Positions 58,625 to 64,000 of a DNA stretch of 64,000 nt are shown here, piece by piece. The translations under genes and the position numbers were made by a program. Location of the stretch: assembly GCA_034520665.1 (NCBI GenBank), contig JAXHNJ010000002.1, positions 179,166-243,165 of the forward strand, given 5' to 3'. The notes under the pieces were generated by a model. The model did no database searches. It saw only the letters and a program-made list of their open reading frames with translations, and was not told the origin of the DNA. The DNA comes from Patescibacteria group bacterium (GTDB taxonomy: Bacteria > Patescibacteriota > Patescibacteriia > JAXHNJ01). Positions within the stretch are counted from its first letter, which is position 1. Each line of letters begins with the position of its first letter.

Positions 58625-58768
58625 TTAATAAATATCCTCATCAGGCTTTTTCTTGCCGCAGGGAAGATCCATGCCGGCATTGGCGTATTTACAGCCGCCA
58701 TCTTTGGAAGCAGCACTACATTTCAAGCATTTACCTTTCTTACCAATAATAACTGGGGAATCCTTCAT
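58625..58768 (-). CDS. 47-aa four-cysteine small protein
   Basis: GGGAG SD then ATG; MKDSPVIIGKKGKCLKCSAASKDGGCKYANAGMDLPCGKKKPDEDIY; terminator at about 58590-58615. Confidence 0.65.
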   Translation of the reverse strand: MKDSPVIIGKKGKCLKCSAASKDGGCKYANAGMDLPCGKKKPDEDIY

Positions 58769-58907
58769 TTTTTTCCTCCCTATTTAAACATAAAAAAGAA
58801 CTTCCTGCTATAATATATTATTCTTTATCTTTAGTCAAGTCCTTTATTTTTTTATAAAAAAATACCCCCGGAATAACTCCAGGGGTTTAAATTAAAAGGT
58901 ACAATAT

Positions 58908-60392
58908 TTACTTATTCAAAACTCTTTTGGTCACTCTTTCAAAGTGCTGGCCATAAATAGCCATTTCTAAAGCTACTGGTAAACATTTAATTTTAGTAAA
59001 AAGGGTTTTAAAAAAGAGCTTCCAGTAAAGAAATCTTGACTTTGACAAAATGCCAATTCGCCAGATACTTCGAAAAAAAGCCATAAGACCGGCAAAATTA
59101 AACCTACCTCTATGGGTTGGCTGATAATTTTTAAGAAAGGCATGAATTCTCTGATAATACAAATCCGGTTGGCCATAAATAGTAGAAAGAATCTCTTTGT
59201 ACCCATTTATAAGATCCTCTCTTTTCATGCGCGGTATAAAATTTAAACTGCCGTCTGTATTGTCTCCGGATGTATTTTCCAAAATACGCCCTTCTTTTTT
59301 AAGTCGGTGCCAAAGCTTAGTTCTTGGTAAGGCTACCAAAAGGCCCACCATAGCCGTGACAATACCCACTTCCTGGATAAACTGAATCTGGGCTTCAAAA
59401 ATACTGGGCGGGTCTTCGTCAAAACCAACAATAAAGCCTCCCATCACCTGCATGCCGTGTTGATGAATAACTTTAACCGCTTCTTTTAAATCCATCCGGG
59501 TGTTTTGATACTTTTGACAACCTTTTAGGCTCTCCAAATGGGGCGTTTCTATACCCAGAAAAACTTTATGAAAATTAGCCTGGCTCATCAAGCGCATTAA
59601 TTCCTGATCACTAGCTAAATCAACACTAGCTTCGGTTAATAATTTAAACGGGTATTTACGAGCTTTTTGCCATTTAATTAACTCTCGCAGCATTATTTTT
59701 ACCTGTTTTTTATTACCGATAAAATTATCATCAACCAAAAAAACTGGGCCTCGCCAGTTTGCTTGATAAAGAGAATTAAATTCCTTAATCATTTGAGTCG
59801 GCGTCTTAACCCTAACTTTGTGGCCATACATAACTGTAATATCACAAAAATCACAGTTATGAGGACAGCCTCTTGAATACTGCAAGGGGATGGAAGTATA
59901 ATCACTAAAATTAATTAATGACCAAAGGGGTACTGGTACTTCAGTGACTAAAGGTTTTTCTTTACTTTTGTATAATGATCTAGTTTCTTCCCTTTCCAAG
60001 TCATTAAGAAATAAAGACAGGCAATCTTCTGCTTCATTAATAAAGACATGATCAACCACAAAGAGATCTGGCTGGGTGCTAAAAAGCGGTCCGCCGGCCA
60101 CAATTTTCTTGTCGACTTTTTTTACTCTTTCAATAACCTCACCAGCACTTTTTTGCTGAACCAGCATAGCACTAATAAAAACCATATCAGCCCAGCTGAT
60201 ATCCTCGTCCAGTAATGGATTAACATTGAGGTCAATTAGTTTTAAATTCCATTCTTTAGGCAGCATAGCCGCAATAGTCAAAAGACCCAAAGGCGGTGAA
60301 GCGGCCTTTTTTCCGATAAATTCTAAAGCTTTTTTAAAGCTCCAAAAAGTTTCGGGAAACTCCGGATAAACTAGTAATACATTCATTTTCAA
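58908..60392 (-). CDS. B12-binding radical SAM protein (DUF4070/HpnP-like family)
   Basis: PPLGLLTIAA B12-binding N-terminus, SRGCPHNCDFC, VDDNFIGN. Confidence 0.92.
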   Translation of the reverse strand: MKMNVLLVYPEFPETFWSFKKALEFIGKKAASPPLGLLTIAAMLPKEWNLKLIDLNVNPLLDEDISWADMVFISAMLVQQKSAGEVIERVKKVDKKIVAGGPLFSTQPDLFVVDHVFINEAEDCLSLFLNDLEREETRSLYKSKEKPLVTEVPVPLWSLINFSDYTSIPLQYSRGCPHNCDFCDITVMYGHKVRVKTPTQMIKEFNSLYQANWRGPVFLVDDNFIGNKKQVKIMLRELIKWQKARKYPFKLLTEASVDLASDQELMRLMSQANFHKVFLGIETPHLESLKGCQKYQNTRMDLKEAVKVIHQHGMQVMGGFIVGFDEDPPSIFEAQIQFIQEVGIVTAMVGLLVALPRTKLWHRLKKEGRILENTSGDNTDGSLNFIPRMKREDLINGYKEILSTIYGQPDLYYQRIHAFLKNYQPTHRGRFNFAGLMAFFRSIWRIGILSKSRFLYWKLFFKTLFTKIKCLPVALEMAIYGQHFERVTKRVLNK

Positions 60393-60536
60393 ACACTCCT
60401 TTATCAGTTAAGTAATTTTTTCAAGGTTCAAAAGTACACTATTTTTAACATATTTTGAAATAATAGACAACTCTAAAAAATATTCAAATTTTAAGAAAAA
60501 ACTTGCCAAATATTATATATCAATATATTAATACAT

Positions 60537-60653
60537 ATGCCTAGAAAACCAAAAAATAAGCCAGCCTGCCTTTTTAAGGCTTTGGGCGATAACAATCGAC
60601 TTAAAATATTAAAGTTTCTTATCGGTTACTTTCTTAACCTAATGCCAGTTTAA
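60537..60653 (+). pseudogene. Truncated ArsR/SmtB-family regulator fragment
   Basis: MPRKPKNKPACLFKALGDNNRLKILKFL, stops after 38 aa. Confidence 0.7.
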
Positions 60654-61127
60654 TTAAAAAACACTGCTAATCCACTGGCCAATGTAATGAGTGGCTACAA
60701 TAACTAAAACAGCAATAATTAAATGTTCAGCTATGACTGAGCTAGCTTTGGTTTTTTTATCCCGGCTTATATAATAACTAAAAGCCATTATCAAGCCCAA
60801 GCCCCAGAAAATACTAACTACAATAGCCGTATCCAAACTAAAAAGTAAAACCGGAATAGTAAAAGTTAAAGCAATAACCAGCTTGGAAACAAAAGCGGAA
60901 AAAGTTGATTCCCAGATTTGTTTACTGGTGTTCTGACTTTCTGATTCTTCGGATACGTGAACGCCTAAAGCATCTGACAAAGCGTCAGCAATAGCAATAA
61001 TTAGAATACCACCTAAAACTACTGCCCGTGAATGAGTACCGGCATTAAGTCCTACCACTAAACCCAGAGTAGTAATAATACCGGAAGTTAATCCAAAAGC
61101 AAAACCTTTTTTAATTGAAATTTTCAT
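60654..61127 (-). CDS. VIT1/CCC1-like membrane protein
   Basis: FGLTSGIITTLG...IADALSDALGVHVSEE. Confidence 0.8.
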   Translation of the reverse strand: MKISIKKGFAFGLTSGIITTLGLVVGLNAGTHSRAVVLGGILIIAIADALSDALGVHVSEESESQNTSKQIWESTFSAFVSKLVIALTFTIPVLLFSLDTAIVVSIFWGLGLIMAFSYYISRDKKTKASSVIAEHLIIAVLVIVATHYIGQWISSVF

Positions 61128-61133
61128 AATTTT

Positions 61134-61682
61134 TTATAAATATTTAACCATTAAAATTTCGTCTCGATACCGGCCATAATGTTTTAATGATTTTTTTATC
61201 CGGCCAATTTCTCTAAAGTTCAGTTTTTTATAGAGATTTAAAGCTTTTTTGTTCGGAGCAAAAAGATTAAGTTTAACCATTTTAATTTTAAGCTTATTTT
61301 TTGCTTCACGAATTACTTCTTTTGCTAATTTTTCGGCCCATCCCCTGCCTCTTATTTCTTTGGTCAGTAGAATACCAAATTTTCCCACGTGAGCCACAGC
61401 CTCTCTTTCACTAATCTCAATATTTGTATTACCTTTTATTTTTCCGTCTATCTCAATTAAAATTAATACTATATTTTTTCTTTTTATTTTTTTTATTATA
61501 TTATTAAGCCACTTTTTCTCCTGTTTTAAGGTAAATTTTTTCTGAGTAGTAAGATAAGCCTTTTCTTTTACTAGAGAATTGATCATACTTAAAAATTCTT
61601 TGGCATCACTTTTTTTGGGATAGCGAAAAATTATTTCTTTACCCTCATGCGTAAATTTCTTGACTATTTTCCCTGGCTTCAT
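61134..61682 (-). CDS. GNAT N-acetyltransferase
   Basis: RGRGWA, NKKALNLYKKLNF. Confidence 0.9.
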   Translation of the reverse strand: MKPGKIVKKFTHEGKEIIFRYPKKSDAKEFLSMINSLVKEKAYLTTQKKFTLKQEKKWLNNIIKKIKRKNIVLILIEIDGKIKGNTNIEISEREAVAHVGKFGILLTKEIRGRGWAEKLAKEVIREAKNKLKIKMVKLNLFAPNKKALNLYKKLNFREIGRIKKSLKHYGRYRDEILMVKYL

Positions 61683-62227
61683 AAATATTTAACCATAATA
61701 ATTAAATCAATATAGCGGCCAAAATGATAGCGGCCTTTTTTAATCTGACCGACTCTTTCAAATCCTAAAGATTTATAAAGTTTAATCGCTTTTTTATTCT
61801 CAGCATAAACATTGAGCTTGATAATTTTGGTTTTTAAATGTTTTTTAGCCTCACTGATAGCTTTTTTAATTAATTTCTTGGCCAAACCTCGGCCTCTATA
61901 TTCTGACCGTAGGGAAACAGCCGCCTGACCGATATGTTTTTTATTAGTAAATTTTCCTTTAAAAACACTAGCCCAGCCAATAACTTGCCCGTTTAATTCA
62001 CCGACTAAATAAACCGCTTTTTTATTGAGTATTTTATGGAGCACATTTTTAACCCACTTTTCTTCCTTAGCCCGGCTGAACTTTTTTTGCGGTCCCAGCA
62101 TTGATTTTTCAGCCACTAATGAATTAACCACCTCAAGCAAATTATTAACATCCTCATATTTTAGATAACGGATGATAAATTTATTCTTGTTTAATTTAAT
62201 TTTTTTCAAGATTTGACCGGCTTTCAT
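61679..62227 (-). CDS. GNAT N-acetyltransferase
   Basis: YRGRGLA, NKKAIKLYKSLGF. Confidence 0.9.
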   Translation of the reverse strand: MKAGQILKKIKLNKNKFIIRYLKYEDVNNLLEVVNSLVAEKSMLGPQKKFSRAKEEKWVKNVLHKILNKKAVYLVGELNGQVIGWASVFKGKFTNKKHIGQAAVSLRSEYRGRGLAKKLIKKAISEAKKHLKTKIIKLNVYAENKKAIKLYKSLGFERVGQIKKGRYHFGRYIDLIIMVKYL

Positions 62228-62294
62228 ATAATATTATTTTATCAAAAAACCGCCTAAAAAGAAAACTGGGGCGGTTTTTTGTTTGAATATTTTT

Positions 62295-62804
62295 TTATTC
62301 GTGAATAGAAGTACCAATAGTAACTAGGGTTTTGCCTTCATCTTCGTCCTCACCAATACTCACAGTGACGGTACGGTTATCTTTTTCGGCCGTCATTGAG
62401 GAAATTCCCTCAATATCCAAAGACATATTGATATCCCAACCGTCATTAGCTAATTCTTCCTGATATTCATCAGCCACGTCAGAGACCGAAGTATCAGTTT
62501 GAACCGAAACTGAATAAACTTCTCCTTCGGTAATAGTAGTAGCCGCTTTAACAGTACCGTCAATCACATGCACGTCAGAAGGAAAACCAGAAGGCAAACT
62601 TACTGACTCACCAGCCGAGAAAGAACTGCCGTTAGTGTTAACAGTCACTGAATCATTTTCCACATCAACTCCAGCTGATCCATTGGTCGAATCTTCAATC
62701 GCTTTTTCGGTCAGCTCTTCAGCCACCTTTTCCTCACCGCAGCCGGTTAAAACCAAACTGCCAGCTAAAATAAGAACTAGACTTAGAACAATTGTTTTTT
62801 TCAT
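62295..62804 (-). CDS. Acidic lipoprotein
   Basis: LTGC lipobox, LPSGFPSDV. Confidence 0.8.
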   Translation of the reverse strand: MKKTIVLSLVLILAGSLVLTGCGEEKVAEELTEKAIEDSTNGSAGVDVENDSVTVNTNGSSFSAGESVSLPSGFPSDVHVIDGTVKAATTITEGEVYSVSVQTDTSVSDVADEYQEELANDGWDINMSLDIEGISSMTAEKDNRTVTVSIGEDEDEGKTLVTIGTSIHE

Positions 62805-62841
62805 AGGTTTTTTTCTTAATTATTATCATAGTTATTATACC

Positions 62842-63714
62842 TTAATAATAAACTATTTCAAAATAGCTGGTTGAAGGTTCTTTTAAGCTATTACTTAAAT
62901 AGCCTGAATTCGCGTGGCCAAGAATACTGGCCTTTTCAGTCTTTTCCTTCATAAGCATTAAAAATAAAGCCATAGCCGCTGGAGAATCAAGGTACTGGTT
63001 AAACTCCTGACCAAAAGAAAGAATAGTCCGATAGTCATAGTTTAGCAAAGCTTTTCTGGTTATTTCATCGCGTTTATTGGCTTTAGTTACATTTAAATAG
63101 TGGGAGAAATCAACGGCTGCCATAATAATGGTTTTTTCATCCCATAATGATATTATTTTTCTTTTCAGTCGCTCTAATTCTTTTTCTGGCGTGGAAAATT
63201 TAAAGATCAGCGGCACAATTCTTTTTTTGGGAAAATTCATTTTAATAAAAGGAACCAAATCAGAAATAGCGTGTTCCCCGGCCATTACTTCATAATTATT
63301 CTTTATACCAATTTTATTAAGCTCATTTATAAACTGTCTATCAGATTTTAACAAACCATAATCAGTTGGCCAGGAATAATCAGAGGTAAATATTTTACCA
63401 AAACCCTTTTCTTTATGATTAGGAGCCAAAAGAATAATTCTTTGGAAATCTTGTTTTTTAATTCCCTGGAAAAAATGAAAAATATATTTTTTCATTCTAA
63501 TATCATGAGGGATAATTCCGCCGACAATTTTACTTTCAGGAAACTCTTTATTTGATTTATTGGTAATAACCGCTGATATTTCATCAGATTTTAGATCTTT
63601 GGAGCCAAGAATTTTTTCTTCTTTATTTTTTTCAAAACTAATTTCATTAATAAAAGCAGGAGATGCTAATAGCAAAACAATGATAAAAATAAAGATTATC
63701 TTTTTTAATTTCAT
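62842..63714 (-). CDS. MEMO1/AmmeMemoRadiSam protein B-like with N-terminal anchor
   Basis: GGIIPH, LAPNH, EHAI, VDFSHY; start moved to MKLKK at 63714. Confidence 0.8.
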   Translation of the reverse strand: MKLKKIIFIFIIVLLLASPAFINEISFEKNKEEKILGSKDLKSDEISAVITNKSNKEFPESKIVGGIIPHDIRMKKYIFHFFQGIKKQDFQRIILLAPNHKEKGFGKIFTSDYSWPTDYGLLKSDRQFINELNKIGIKNNYEVMAGEHAISDLVPFIKMNFPKKRIVPLIFKFSTPEKELERLKRKIISLWDEKTIIMAAVDFSHYLNVTKANKRDEITRKALLNYDYRTILSFGQEFNQYLDSPAAMALFLMLMKEKTEKASILGHANSGYLSNSLKEPSTSYFEIVYY

Positions 63715-63715
63715 T

Positions 63716-64000
63716 TTACTCAATAGAAATATTCTGAGTACTACCAAAAGCCTTACTTGCCTCAACATTAAAGCCTTGTATAACTGGTGCTTCTGCCTTA
63801 TATTCACCTTTACCAGTAACCAGAGCGTAATAATGAAAACTTTCAGAAGACCGGTCAATTTTAAATTTTATGGCTTGACCGTTAATTTCATAAGGGTATT
63901 TCATATTTTTATCATACGAAATATTTCTCTGCCAAGTTTTGGTCAGGATTTTTAAACCCGAAGGCAGATAATCAGTGACGCGGTAATTTTTATCTATAGC
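63716..64000 (-). CDS. C-terminus of an alpha-2-macroglobulin-like protein (partial)
   Basis: Open frame to the window edge: YRVTDYLPSGL...FHYYALVTGKGEYKAEAP. Confidence 0.6.
   Translation of the reverse strand, partial: AIDKNYRVTDYLPSGLKILTKTWQRNISYDKNMKYPYEINGQAIKFKIDRSSESFHYYALVTGKGEYKAEAPVIQGFNVEASKAFGSTQNISIE

Overview
AT-rich bacterial chromosome segment whose gene content looks like a Patescibacteria/CPR (Parcubacteria/ABY1-like) genome read with the standard code. It carries core genes (glmS, frameshifted prfB, ftsA/ftsZ, ybeY, rpsU, hisS, lepB, pth, mfd, dprA, topA, parAB), split comEC, and large surface proteins (NHL/FG-GAP protein, 2115-aa pilin-anchored Ig/Cys-rich protein). A B12 salvage block contains nrdJ, a cobalamin adenosyltransferase, a cobalamin riboswitch and putative uptake genes. 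There are five intact tRNA genes. The strongest unexplained signal is that four of the five tRNAs (Asp, Val, fMet, Met/Ile2) lie next to tandem partial tRNA copies interrupted by short GC-rich palindromes. Many of these are nested TC...GA/TC...GA double hairpins inserted without a target-site duplication. A small GIY-YIG nuclease gene sits inside one array and a RAYT-like HUH transposase lies elsewhere in the window. Other oddities are a circularly permuted DsbA, a candidate ncRNA, a hairpin insert in the riboswitch, unannotated small proteins and a boxA-like leader shared by orphan genes. All calls come from reading the sequence; no searches were run.
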